Assembly: GCA_951406725.2 (NCBI GenBank)
Contig: OX597817.1
Span: forward strand, 12,710,001-12,774,000
DNA length: 64,000 nt
Origin: Octopus vulgaris
Taxonomy: Eukaryota
Reading direction: 5' to 3'
The translations under genes were made by a program, and so were the position numbers. Of this stretch, positions 50,612 to 63,210 are shown one piece after another. The notes beneath the pieces are model-generated. The model ran no database searches and was not told the DNA's origin. It saw only the letters and a list, made by a program, of their open reading frames with translations. Numbering within the stretch: the stretch's first letter is position 1; every line of letters begins with the position of its first letter.

Positions 50612-51013
50612 ACTCTTTACTTGTTTCAGTCATTTGACTGCGGCCATGCTGGAGCACCGCCTTTAATCGAGCAACTCGATCCCGGGACTTATTCTTTTTG
50701 TAAGCCCAATACTTATTCTATCGGTCTCTTTTGCCGAGCCGCTAAGTAACGGGGACATAAACACACCAGCATCGGTTGTGAAGCAATGCTAGGGGGACAA
50801 ACACAGACACACAAACACATACACACACACATATATATATACATATATACGACAGGCTTCTTTCAGTTTTCGTCTACCCAATCCACTCACAGGGCTTTGG
50901 TCGGCCCGAGGCTATAGTTGAAGACACTTACCCAAGGTGCCACGCAGTGGGATTGAACCCGGAACCATTTGGTTGGTAAACAAGCTACTTACCACACAGC
51001 CACTCCTGCGCCT
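50612..51013 (-). mobile_element. SINE family A, full length
   Basis: Reverse-complement family A copy. Confidence 0.9.
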
Positions 51014-51136
51014 AAATGCATTACATACCATTTTCCTAATTTTAAATTCTTTCTGATTCCATCCTCATGGAGGATCAACAAAATAAGCGCAAATTATATG
51101 CTGTGGATTCTCTTAACTATACCACTACCCAATATT

Positions 51137-51525
51137 ATATCATCATCATCATCATCGTTTAGCGTCCGCTTTCCATGCTAGCATGGATTGAACAGTTCAA
51201 CTGGGGTCTGGGAAGCCAGAAGGCTGCACCAGGCTCCAGTCTAATCTGGCAATGTTTCTACAGCTGGATGTCCTTCCTAACACCGACAACTCTGTCAGTG
51301 TAGTGGGTGCTTTGTACATGCCACCAGCACAAGTGCCAGATGAGGCTGGCAAACGGCCACGATTGGATGGTGCTTTTTACGTGCCACCGGTATGAGGGCT
51401 AGGCAAGGCTGGCAATGGCCATGATCGGATGGTGCTTTTTATGTGCCACTGGCACGAGGCCAGTCGGGGTGGCACTGGCAACGGCCAAGTTCGGATGGTT
51501 CTCTTACGTACCACCGGCACTGGTA
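51137..51525 (-). mobile_element. Family D element
   Basis: (atc)n tail and family D body. Confidence 0.8.
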
Positions 51526-52049
51526 AATAATACTAGAGAGCTTTGTTAATTTTTTACATTTCCAATTGTAGCCCCAAAATAAGGTATATATTCAATACTG
51601 ATGAATATTACCGATAAACAAGCCTGGTAGAGTGAAAACATCTACTTACTTTATCTAGCCCCTTCAACAGGTCTATGGCACAAATGAAATATTTTGAAGC
51701 AGCTCATTAATCTAGTACAAAGGGCATACTCTCTTTTACTCTTTTACTTGTTTCAGTCATTTGACTGCGGCCATGCTGGAGCACCGCCTTTAGTCGAGCA
51801 AATCGACCCCGGGACTTATACTTTGTAAGCCTAGTACTTATTCTATCGGTCTCTTTTGCCAGTTAGGTGGTACTGGCAACAGCCACGCTCAAATGGTGCT
51901 TTTTATGTGCCACCTGCACAGGAGCCAGTCCAGCGGAACTGGCAACGATCTCGCTATATATATATATATATATTTACAGATCTTAACCATTTACATTATA
52001 GCTAATTCTTATTCATAATCAGCAGCTGCTGTTAGTCACAAACACTTTT

Positions 52050-52428
52050 ACACTTTTACTTCTTTCAGTCATTTGACTGCGGCCATGCTGGAGCACCGCC
52101 TTTAGTCGAGCAAATCGACCCCGGGACTTATTCTTTGTAAGCCCAGTACTTATTCTATCGGTCTCTTTTGTCGAACCGCTAAGTGACGGGGATGTAAACA
52201 CACCAGCATCGGTTGTCAAGCAATGCTAGGGGGACAAACACAGACACACAAACACACACACATACACATATATACGACAGGCTTCTTTCAGTTTCCGTCT
52301 ACCAAATCCACTCACAAGGCATTGGTTGGCCCGGGGCTATAGCAGAAGACACTTGCCCAAGATGCCACACAGTGGGACTGAACCCGGAACCATGTGATTG
52401 GTAGGCAAGCTACTTACCACACAGCCAT
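52050..52428 (-). mobile_element. SINE family A
   Basis: Reverse-complement family A copy. Confidence 0.9.
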
Positions 52429-52941
52429 TTCAATATGATAACTGACAATGTTAAACAGTAGTGGGTAAGTCTATATGCTTGTGACTCAGTGGCTACAGTT
52501 ATTCATATATAGACATATTTATGCATTTAAACATCTATATATATAAAACTCAACTTGTGTGTCTGTGTGTGTATCTATGTGTGTGTCTGTGTGTTTAACT
52601 TCCCGGCACATCTCCTCCTAGCCAACAAATCGTAGAACCACCAAAAATGCTTCCAGAAAAAAAAAATTCAGTAACCATTGGAAAATCGATTGTAGCAGTG
52701 ACTCGAACAATTTTTAACAATATCTGAAGAAGGAATTTTTGTATTATAAAATACTATTATTATATCAAACTATGAATAATTAAAATTATAACAGTTATTA
52801 TAGTCTATTGTTGTTATTATAATGCATTGTTGTACCATTCAAGACACGTTATATTTTACAGAAAATACACAATGCTTCAAGCAAACTACAATATTCTTCT
52901 ATGAAAATTAAATATCTTTAAACCCAACTGTATCATTTTAC

Positions 52942-53071
52942 CTGAAAGTTTGAAGGACAATTCAAATTTTGGTGTTTCTGATAGTGAAAGAGATCTGTAG
53001 CTGATTTCAACAGAATTGCCTAATGAATAAAATACTGGTGGTAACTGATTTCCACAATATATGTAGTGTAG
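52942..53071 (-). CDS. CUBN: Cubilin-like gene, exon D (CUB25-like C-half)
   Basis: Acceptor ctttgcag|CTA, donor G|gtaaaa, phase 0 to 1. Encodes LHYIYCGNQLPPVFYSLGNSVEISYRSLSLSETPKFELSFKLS (PVFYS as recalled for CUB25). Confidence 0.88.
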
Positions 53072-54043
53072 CTGCAAAGGAGATAGAAAATAAAATACAG
53101 GCAATTTTAAGCAAGGATTGATCATAGAACATTTATTTTTAAACTATGTTTTAATAGAGCTAACATCCCTATAAAAGCTTGTATGTGTATGAGACAGATG
53201 GAAGAGGGGAGATTTTTCTTGGAATTCCAAAGACTATTAACATTATACAATTAACATTATACAAATCCTTACTGGGGTCTGAGAAGCTGGAATGTACATA
53301 TATAGAGAATGAAAATTTGTTAAAATTGAGTACTTAGTTTCCCTTTAATTTTGTAATTTTAAGCAAGGAAATGGGTGTATAATTAATTCTGTTATAATAA
53401 TAATTTGAATATCATGTGAGCAGAATACTTGCGCAAAATGTGAATAAGCAAATTTGGGATACCATGGAATGTATACATTACCTTGAAAAAAGGGTCAAAA
53501 GGAAAAATATAAATATGATTTTTATGATTAAGAAGAAAATCAAAGAAAGATAATCATTGTTAAAAAGAAACCATGAAATCAATAATGTGGTGGTGGTGAC
53601 CCCCTTCAGTCAGATACTGACCATGGGTTTGCACCTAGAGAGTTACCCACTGAGGCACAAGTCTGGGCAAGGTTGTTTTTATGGAAGACCAGCAGTCGCC
53701 CATGCATACCGGCCTCCCCTCTCCACGTCACCGATGTTGTCCAAGGGAAAAGCAAAGGGCCGATACAGCTTGGCACCTGTGATGTCGCAACTCATTTCTA
53801 CAGCTGAGTGAACTGGAGCAACGTGAAATAAAGTGTCTTGCTCAAGAACACAACACAGCCCGGTCCAGGATTCGAGCTCACAACCTCACGATCGTAAGCT
53901 CGACGCTCTAACCACTGAGCCACGTGCCTTCACATAATGAAATGGAATTAATTATGGTACCAGCAATAGTAGTCATTATCATCATCGTCATCATCATCAT
54001 CATACACACATAAAAAAAAGATTTCAAAAAATTGAAGTCATAC

Positions 54044-54255
54044 CATATTTGGCATTCTTAAGCACTTAAGCAAAATGTAGTCTTCTAAACAGTTCTGGCT
54101 CATATTCATTAGAGTAACTTGTATTCTAACATTTAGATTTAATGGAGCAGTAAGAATCCAGCGGCACATTGTTACATGCTCCAAACCAGTAGAAGCTGTT
54201 GGTCCAGAAATATTTTGAGATTCTGTTGTACCATTAAAACTTCCTCCACACTCAA
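54044..54255 (-). CDS. CUBN: Cubilin-like gene, exon C (CUB25-like N-half)
   Basis: Acceptor poly-T-gcag|TT, donor ATG|gtatga, phase 1 to 0. Encodes ECGGSFNGTTESQNISGP...MCRWILTAP...NCLEDYILL. The QNIS motif recalls cubilin CUB25. Confidence 0.85.
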
Positions 54256-54526
54256 CTGCAAAAAAAAAAAAAACCAAAAAAAAAAAAAACCAATAACATC
54301 CATAATACCACATTAAAGTCTTTAACACTCTTAAGTCTACATTGCTGGCAGTACATTTAAAATAATTTTTTCTGAAAAATTTGGAAAACTAGAAAAAAAA
54401 AAAAAGAAAAATTCAAAAGTTCTTGATAAATAAGTATTTACAAATTGTAATGATCACCAGTAACTACTCTATAGAATCTCATCTAACTGAAATGATATTA
54501 TAGAAGTTGAACAGCTAAGAAGTTAC

Positions 54527-54972
54527 GTTTATATATTTGTTTTGCAAGATTTTTTGATGTGAAATCGTGTGTTGAAACAGATATTGTTGTATTTAGGAAC
54601 GGTCATTTTGCCAGTTTAGCCAATAAAAACACACACACTATATATTTGGTGTTACTTTGCTTCAGCATTATTCATTTTTTACATTAATCTTAATCTTATT
54701 TTGGCCAGAGTTCTTTCGTCACACTCCTGTGACCTCATCAGTGGTCCTTTACTTTCTTCTTTCTTATTTGTGTGTCTCTCCTTACTAACGGTCAGCCATT
54801 TTGTATTTTGTATTCCTATTGTGTGTGTCATCATTTGCACATGCGTATACCTCTATGTGTGTCTATGTTTAGTTAGTGTGTGTGTGGGGAGAAGTGCCTG
54901 TAATATTTGTATCTCCTGTTTATATACATTTGTGTAATTTGTTTTTGTTTATTTTTATTTTGTTTGCACCTA

Positions 54973-55003
<31 letters not shown>

Positions 55004-55155
55004 GTATTATGAGTTCAAATTCCGCCGAGGTCAACTTTGCCTTTCATCCTTTTGGGGTCGATAAATTAAGTACCAGTTACGCACTGGGGTCGATATCTGT
55101 CCTTGTTTGTCCCCTCTGTGTTTAGCCCCTTGTGGGTAATAAAGAAATAATAATA

Positions 55156-55193
<38 letters not shown>

Positions 55194-55542
55194 ATATAGT
55201 TATTTACTTCCATTTGTTTATTTATCTGTGTATTTTATTTTATTATGTTTTTAGTTTTGTTTATACACATAGAGGTATACGCATGCACAAATGATGACAC
55301 ATACAATAGGAATACAAAATACAAAATAGCTGACCGTTAGTAAGGAGAGACACACAAATAAGAAAGAAGAAAGTAAAGGACCACTGATGAGGTCACAGGA
55401 GTGTGACGAAAGAACACTGGCCGAAATAAGATTAAGATTAATGTAAAAAATGAATAACGCTGAAGCAAAGTAACACCAAATATATAGTGCGTGTGTTTTT
55501 ATTGGCTAAACTGGCAAAATGACCATTCCTAAATACAAAAAT
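54527..55542. mobile_element. Fold-back insertion with ~275-bp inverted arms and a 14-bp TSD (Penelope-like)
   Basis: ~54586-54861 is the reverse complement of ~55264-55539. TSD agctaagaagttac at 54513-54526 and 55543-55556. CTGATGA...GAAA motif in the arms, SINE-B fragment in the spacer. Confidence 0.78.
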
Positions 55543-56348
55543 AGCTAAGAAGTTACATTGTATCTAGTTCATCTAGGTCCTGCAAGGCTAAGGAGATCAA
55601 TGCAGATGATTAGCTTGAATAATTGTAGTTCTAAGAGTTCTGGGAAAACATGGATAAGAAGAAAATTATAGAGGGAAGTCGTCTAAAACAAAAGCGTTAT
55701 CCAAAGTGTTTAGTCCAGGATCTAGGTGTAACAAAAGGAGTCAGGGAAGGAGAAAAGATAGGTGAGTCAGGTAGTCCTAAACGGAGGGAATATGCAGTTT
55801 GCAAGTTTAGAAAACAAAAGCCGTTACAGATATAATACGTTGAGACAAGAAATAGTGTGTATGTAAGTCATTTGTTGTAATATATTTCTGAGTAAACCTT
55901 TGCCAGCCAGGTGGACTGCCTTTGTTTTAGATCTTCATATATGTAGCTGCAGAAATACTATAGATATATGAGAGTACTTATGGGCTTACTTGAGGTTTGT
56001 AGAGGATTTGCAACTCATAAGGACTGAATTGTTTTCTGGACCTACAGAGAATTTGTATTTAGGATGAACTTTTGGCAGTAAGGTGACAATGAAAGACCAA
56101 TTAGACCTTGAAAGTTGTAAAGCAAAGAATGAAATGAGATCTTTCAAAGGATTTGGCTGGCTGTAGGGGGAAGTTTTATTTGTGACAAATTTGAAAGAAT
56201 TAAAGAATGCATTTATGAATTCCACAAGAATTTGCTGATTTTTATAACATTTTAATGCTACTAAAATATTTTTATATTATTTTAATGTTTAACTATGATA
56301 TGATTATAACTGAAGCAATAACAAACAGATTTACACAAAAATATTTAA

Positions 56349-56569
56349 CCCTTTCATTACTGAATTTATTTTGAGATGCTCTGTGTTTCTTTCAATTACT
56401 TTAAGTATAACAAAGAATTTAGCAAAATAACTTAGTTATCATTAAGCTAGTGTTAGGAACATAAATTGTGACTAAGGTTTGGTGGAAGATTTTTATTCAG
56501 AACTTATGAAAACAAGACATTTGTACTACAGAGCCAGAGCCGGTTTCAGCCGGGTTGGTAATGAAAGGG
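56349..56569. mobile_element. piggyBac-type MITE (second family)
   Basis: TTAA|CCCTTTCATTAC...GTAATGAAAGGG|TTAA, a perfect 12-bp TIR. Confidence 0.88.
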
Positions 56570-57039
56570 TTAAGTATAGACAGATACACAGAGTGATAGA
56601 CAGACAAGCAGAGAGCAAGCAAAAGAGAGGGGGAGGAAGGAGAGAGAGTGAAGGTGATGTATATATGGAAAGAGAGATGTAAAGATAGTGACAGCAAACA
56701 TAGATAAGTTTCTTTATTGGCCACACAGGGCTGCACACAGATGGGACAAGTTACAAGGTAGAGCTTTTCTTTTGGGGGATGAAAAAAAAACAAAAAACAA
56801 AAGAATAAAAAAAAAGGTTTTCGATCAAAAGGGATCATAAAAGGGAAAAAAGAACAAAAAAAAAGGAAAAGAAAAAAAGAAAAAAGGGAAAAGGAACAAA
56901 GGAAAAAGGGACAGACAGACAAACAGGTAGAGAGACAGACAGACAAAGACAGAAACAGTTAGACAAAGATAAACAGATAGATAGATAGATAGGTAAAACA
57001 ATTTCCAGTTACTTTATGCAAAAAGAAAAAAGAACTTAC

Positions 57040-57187
57040 TTGATACTATTCTGTATCTCAGTTTGAAACCTGATCTTTCAGTCTCATCATCCGTTTTGAA
57101 TGTTAAATGTATTGTATTTGTTGATGAAGTTATGTTTGATGGAATTGTTGAGCCACAAAGATTTTTTGATTCCACATGATTAAATAC
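57040..57187 (-). CDS. CUBN: Cubilin-like gene, exon B (second half of the CUB24-like domain)
   Basis: Acceptor tgttaag|GTA, donor A|gtaagt, phase 0 to 1, matching both neighbours. Encodes VFNHVESKNLCGSTIPSNITSSTNTIHLTFKTDDETERSGFKLRYRIVS. Confidence 0.9.
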
Positions 57188-57362
57188 CTTAACATTAAAA
57201 AAAATTACAAGGAGTTGTGAAACTTGAAACATGTAGTTCAGATTATTTAAACCCAAATTCCCAAATCCTCAACATCTTCAATAGTCTGTTAATAACATTT
57301 ATTTCAATACAGATGTTTCAACGGAAACAGAAAAAAAAAATTGTGAAATGTTTATAAGCTAA

Positions 57363-57757
57363 TCTTTATATATAAAAGAGAGGTTGTGTGCTGTCTGTCT
57401 CCTACGATTTAGATTCCTAACTACTCCCACATTTTGCGGTGCAGTTTAACCAAAACTGGGTATCTTATAGTCGTGATTCATATCGAGCCCTTCTGGGTAT
57501 TAGCGCGCATCTACGATGAGTCTACGATTTAAAAAAAAATTTACCATCAATTTTTCCCATTTTTAATGCATTTTTGGCATATATAAGGGAAGTAACTCTC
57601 TAAAAATGTATTATTAAATCTCAGAACGTAAAAAGCTACAGTAACACCCCCCTTTGTGGTTAGCCATATTGAGATGGCTATTATACTTTACATCTCTAAA
57701 AATGCTTATATTGTTATTTCCCTTACAAACCCGAGCAACACCGGGCGATACTGCTAG
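57363..57757 (+). mobile_element. Non-autonomous Helitron
   Basis: A|TCTTTATATATAAAAG...cccgagcaacaccggg-cgatactg-CTAG|T. A 5' fragment also lies at ~18657-18720. Confidence 0.92.
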
Positions 57758-58747
57758 TCAATTTATAATTGAATTAATGATTCTATTTTACTTGTTGCTT
57801 CATTCTCTAAAATACAACTTAAACATCTTTTTTTCTGTGACTTCATCTTCTGTCTCCACAAGGATGGGCGAGGGTGTACTGTAATTTCCATCTACTTGAA
57901 AAATTTTCTGAATTCGATAAATTACAATATTTACAATATTTTTATATATTTTTATCTGTTCTGCATTTGTTCTAGGGATGACAGATATTGTAGTTAGGGA
58001 GAATGGAAAATTATCTGGTAGTATAAAACTAGCTACACTTGTTTTCAGCTAAATGCATCTCAGCCTCACCATCAGTTTCTCATCCAGATGGTAACAAATA
58101 CAAGATAAGTTTCATTTAATCATGAATAAGACCTGAGAAAGATTAAGTAATCTTAATAAATGTCAATACATTGTCTGAGACTGATTCATAATGACGTCAG
58201 TTGAAGAATGTGAGCAGTTTAGAATCTTCCCCACTCCATAAATAAAAGGCATGCGTACACTTTAATGAATTTTGCAACTATATTGATGTGATTTAGAGAC
58301 AACAGAAATTTAAATAATTGGGATATTTGAACATCTCGACTATGAGAGAAAAATGATACAAACAGCCTAGATTTATTACAGCAAGAATTGTGTTAATGTT
58401 TTCACTATTTAAACTTATGATCAATCACTGGGACATGATAGTACCACAGGGGACCGCATTGGTGAGCCAGTCCTGAAACACATATTACAGCTGTTTCACT
58501 AACCGTGTTTACAGTCATTTTGAAGGAAGTGACAAACTCTTTAATGTTAGGGGAAAGCTCTAATCACTTTTTTCCATCAACTATTTCTGTTCTGTAACAG
58601 AATCGGTTACAGGGCAGGGCTTTTGACACATTTTCAACAGAATGCTAAGAGATAACGAATCTGAAATTACTAGATCATACACTAGGCATATTTTGCCATA
58701 AAACTTTCACTGCACGTGTGTGCATACACACTCACACACACATATAT

Positions 58748-59103
58748 CTGTGTGTGTGTGTGTGTGTGTGTGTGAGCGCGCGTGTGTATGTGTGTGTATG
58801 TGTGTGCGTGTGTGTGTGTGAGTGTGTGTGCATGTGTGTGTGAGTGTGAGTGTGTGTGCGTGTGTGTGTGTGCGTGCGTGTGTGCGTGTGCGTGTGTATG
58901 TATGTGTATGTATGTGTGTGTGTATGTGTGCGTGTGTATGTATGTGTGTCTGTATGTGTGTGTGCGTATGTGTGTGTATGTGTGCGTGTGTGTGTGTGTA
59001 TGTGTGTGTGTGCGTGTGTGTGTGTGTATGTGTGCGTGCGCGTGTGTGTGTATGTGTGTGTGTGCGTGTGTGTGTGTGTGCGTGTGCGTGTGTGTGTGTG
59101 TGC
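58748..59103. repeat. Degenerate (TG)n microsatellite
   Basis: Directly visible. Confidence 0.95.
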
Positions 59104-59344
59104 ATACACATGATATTAATCAGAGTATACAGTATTATAGACCCATAACAGCCAATCATACCAGTCAGTTTCTCACTGAATGCTGAAACAGCATGTTCAT
59201 ATAACAGCACAGTTATGTAATATTCCATGTCTGTATGTGTATGTAGAGGCTGTCTGGGCTAAATTTCACAATTTTATGTCTTGTTTTCTCAGGAACAGCT
59301 TGTATTGGTGTACAATCAGTGGTCTTGGAAAGCATAAAGATTAA

Positions 59345-59774
59345 TCCTATAGTGTTTAAACTGGCCAAATCCGGCCCAATATATTCTACATGTTTTATAT
59401 TCAAACTGGCAATATCTAGCTTCTCACACCTAACCTACATTGACATTCTAAAAATAAACAATCACATCATTGAAACCTCAAAGCTCTGAGATAATCCAGG
59501 ATTAATCCAAAACAATTTGAGTGAAAAAGTATTACATTTAACAGAGTAATCTGAACACTAAAGGGTTAAACCGACCATATCTGGCCAAAATAGTTAATCT
59601 GTTTTATGTTCAAACTGACCAGATCCAGGCCCTCACACCTAACCTACAATGCCATTCTAAAAATAAACAATCACATCATTGAAACCTCAAAGCAATAAGA
59701 TAATGCATGATTAATTCAAAACAATTTGAGTGAAAAAGTATTACATTTAATAGAGTAATCTGAACACTAAAGGG
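59345..59774. mobile_element. Tandem dimer of the piggyBac-type MITE
   Basis: Two units, each ending ctgaacactaaaggg|TTAA (59565 and 59774). Confidence 0.8.
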
Positions 59775-59932
59775 TTAAAGCTGTAGTTGAGAAAAAAACT
59801 AGTGAAGATGAATGACTGGAAACCATCTGTATATTAGAAAACAATTACTTCTGTCATGATGATTCACACCAGATATCAAATTGTTAACGTTATGAACTAC
59901 TCAATGCTCTCTGAACACTAAAGGCTGTAAGA

Positions 59933-60141
59933 TATAACAGGAAGCTTTATGAAAATAAACAAAAGACGAAGGCAGGTGGGATATAAACAAACAATTGTAT
60001 TAGTATGGCGCTCAGGAATATAAATAAAACAAGTCTTTTACGTTTCGAGCCTACGCTCTTCAACAGAAAGATACACAGAAAAGAAACAAGAAGAGAAACA
60101 AGGAGAGAAAAAAAACGCGTGCAGAAGCTAGCGAATCAACA
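59933..60141 (-). mobile_element. ~210-bp insertion carrying a minimal hammerhead-like motif
   Basis: Absent from the paralogous copy at 60614-60826. Flanked by taaga repeats (59928-59932 and 60142-60146). Confidence 0.75.
60034..60071 (-). ncRNA. Putative minimal type I hammerhead ribozyme (variant core)
   Basis: TCTTT-CTGTTGA-A-GAGC-gtag-GCTC-GAAA-cg-TA-AAAGA. Stem I (5 bp) and stem II (4 bp) pair perfectly. The core deviates from CUGANGA. Confidence 0.55.
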
Positions 60142-60320
60142 TAAGACATTACGTGGATGACTCCAGCACAGACTATGAATTCAGTAGAAGGGGACATGGC
60201 AGGCGTTCTGACTGTGCCTGCATGCTGGAATTCATCCCCACGTCTTTGAACAAGGCCTTAGGCTCAATTCAGACAGCTAAATCATCAAATTTAGCCCAAA
60301 CACTCTGTACATATGAACAT

Positions 60321-60614
60321 CAAACATAGAAATGATATCCAATCCTCGACTGGCTTCTGTGCCGGTGGCACATAAAAAGCACCAACCGATCGTAGCCGAT
60401 GCCAGACCCCCCTGGCACCTGTGCAGGTGGCACGTAAAAAGCACCCACTACACTCGCGGAGTGGTTGGCGTTAGGAAGGGCATCCAGCTGTAGAAACACT
60501 GCCAGATAAGACCGGAGCCTGGTGCAGCCTTCTGGCTTCCCAGATCCCCGGTCGAACCGTCCAACCCATGCTAGCATGGAGAACGGACGTTAAACGATGA
60601 TGATGATGATGATG
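60321..60614 (+). mobile_element. Family D element
   Basis: Homologous to 2024-2216, with a (GAT)n tail. Confidence 0.82.
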
Positions 60615-60825
60615 AGCTACTCAGTGCTCTCTGAACACTAAAGGCTGTAAGACATTATGTGGATAACTCCAGCACAGACTATGGATTCAGCAGAAGGGGA
60701 CATGGCAGGCGTTCTGACTGTGTCTGCATGCTGGAATTCATCCCCACGTCTTTGAACAAGGCCTTAGGCTCAATTCAGACAGCTAAGTCATCAAATTTAG
60801 CCCAAACACTCTGTACATAGGAACA

Positions 60826-61247
60826 TAGGCGCAGGAGTGCTTGTGTGGTAAGTAGCTTGCTAACCAACCACATGGTTCCGGGTTCAGTCCCACTGCGTGG
60901 CACCTTGGGCAAGTGTCTTCTGCTATAGCCTCGGGCCGACCAATGCCTTGTGAGTGGATTTGGTAGACGGAAACTGAAAGAAGCCTGTCGTATATATATG
61001 TATATATATATATATGTGTGTGTATGTGTGTGTGTTTGTGTATGTGTGTTTGTCCCCCTAGCATTGCTTGACAACCGATGCTGGTGTGTTTACGTCCCCG
61101 TCACTTAGCGGTTTGGCAAAAGAGACCGATAGAATAATTACTGGGCTTACAAAAGAATAAGTCCCGGGGTCGATTTGCTCGACTAAAGGCGGTGCTCCAG
61201 CATGGCCGCAGTCAAATGACTGAAACAAGTAAAAGAGTAAAAGAGTA
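60826..61247 (+). mobile_element. SINE family A, full length
   Basis: Homologous to 1115-1500. Ends about 50 nt from the exon A donor. Confidence 0.9.
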
Positions 61248-61298
61248 TCAGACATAGAAAGGATATCTAATCCACAAGAAAGGACCAAGACAACTTAC

Positions 61299-61498
61299 CT
61301 TCAGATAATCTGCTTCACAATTTTCTGTCTGTTGAACATCAAAAGAATCAAATGACAGCTCAATGTATTCGTTGGAACCTGCTGTGATTATCCACTCACA
61401 ATTAAGATTTTTCTCATAAAGATTGATGTTTTCAAAGTTAACTGATGATATTGATCCGGATTTATTGAAAAGGCGTCCACCACATCCTTGATTGACTC
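61299..61498 (-). CDS. CUBN: Cubilin-like gene, exon A (first half of a CUB24-like domain)
   Basis: Acceptor ttggcag|GA, donor AAG|gtaagt, phase 1 to 0. Encodes VNQGCGGRLFNKSGSISS...NLNCEWIITAGSNEYIELSFDSFDVQQTENCEADYLK, a canonical CUB N-half. Confidence 0.9.
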
Positions 61499-61566
61499 CT
61501 GCCAAGTAATATACATAACATTTATATATTTACTGATGGGTGCATTCATGCACACACGTACATACC

Positions 61567-61974
61567 TATTTCTTTATTGCCCACAAGGGGCTAAACACAG
61601 AGAGGACAAACAAGGACAGACAAACGGATTAAGTCGATTATATTGACCCCAGTACGTGACTGGTACTTATTTAATCGACCCCGAAAGGATGAAAGGCAAA
61701 GTCAACCTCGGCAGAATTTGAACTCAGAACGTAGCGGCAGACGAAATACCTATTTCTTTACTACCCACAAGGGGCTAAACACAGAGAGGACAAACAAGGA
61801 CAGACAAACGGATTAAGTCGATTATATCGACCCCAGTACGTAACTGGTACTTATTTAATCGACCCCGAAAGGATGAAAGGCAAAGTCGACCTCGGCAGAA
61901 TTTGAACTCAGAACATAGCGATAGACGAAATACGGCTACGCATTTCGCCCGGCGTGCTAACGTTTCTGCCAGCC
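61567..61974 (-). mobile_element. Dimer of SINE family B bounded by one TSD
   Basis: Two bodies. 16-bp TSD cacacac(g/a)tacatacc at 61551-61566 and 61975-61990. Confidence 0.88.
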
Positions 61975-62229
61975 CACACACATACATACCAATAATCCTT
62001 TCTAATATAGGCACAAGACCTGAAATTTGGGGGAATGGGGGCTATAGTCGAGTACATCAACCCCAGTGCTCAACTGGTACTTATTTCATCAACCCCGAAA
62101 GGATGAAAGGCAAGGTCAACCTCGGTGGAATTTGAACTCAGAATGTAAAGATGGATGAAATACTGCTAAGCATTTTGCCTGACATGCTAACAATTCTGCC
62201 AGCTTGCTACCTTATATACTTACTAATGT

Positions 62230-62540
62230 CTTGTAGGACAATGGAAGTTCCTACAGGACAATCTAATGAGGGCTACAAACCAAATCTGTGTCTGATGCAA
62301 AGTCCCAGTTAGGCCAAGGGTGACATGGTGGTGGAACAAGGAGGTAGATAGTGCTATAAAAGCAAAGAGACATGCCTGAAAAGACTGGAAAACTGGTGGA
62401 AGTAAAGAATGATATTGGAGGTAGCCAGAAGGGAAGCTAGGCAACAGGTATACATAGCAAAAAGAATAGCAGAAAGTAAGAGATTAGCAAATGTTCTACA
62501 GCATGAGGATCAGAGGTATGGGGTGTTCAGGATTGCAAAG
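62230..62540 (+). pseudogene. RTE-clade LINE remnant (APE-RT linker)
   Basis: PRVTWWWNKEVDSAIKAKR, the RTE TWWWN motif, with stops. Confidence 0.7.
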
Positions 62541-62795
62541 TAGTGGGTAATTGGTGCACTTGGTTTTGTTAGGAAATGTTTATGTTACAATCTGGAAACA
62601 AGGGTGTTTTCAAAAGAAGAAATCAATCAGCTAACACACACATTACAAATACACTTTGTAAGTAGAAGTTCTCTCAATTTCAAAATGTGAATTTGCAACA
62701 ATGATGCTTCATATCTTTGTTAAAAACGAAGCTTCTTCCTTGCAGAATGACTTCAAATAACTAAAAATAGAGGAAAATATACATACATGTACACA

Positions 62796-63210
62796 TAGGC
62801 GCAGGAGTGGCTGTGTGGTAAGTAGCTTGTTTACCAACCACATGGTTCCGGGTTCAGTCCCACTGCATGGCACCTTGGGCAAGTGTTTTCTACTATAGCC
62901 TCGGGCCGACCAAAGCCTTGTGAGTGGATTTGGTAGACGGAAACGGAAAAGAAGCCCGTCGAATATATGTATATATGTACGCATGTGTGTGTTTGTGTGT
63001 CTGTGTTTGTCCCCCTAGCATTGCTTGACAACCGATGCTGGTGTGTTTATATCCCCGTTACTTAGTGGTTCGGCAAAAGAGACCGATAGAATAAGTACTG
63101 GGCTTACAAAAGAATAAGTCCCGGAGTCGATTTGCTCGATTAAAGGCGGTGCTCCAGCATGGCCGCAGTCAAATGACTGAAACAAATAAAAGAGTAAAGA
63201 GTAAAGAGTA
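62796..63210 (+). mobile_element. SINE family A, full length
   Basis: Homologous to 1115-1500. Confidence 0.9.

Noticed and set aside
55600-56230. Possible LINE ORF1 remnant
   Set aside because: No recognisable zinc knuckle or other diagnostic motif.
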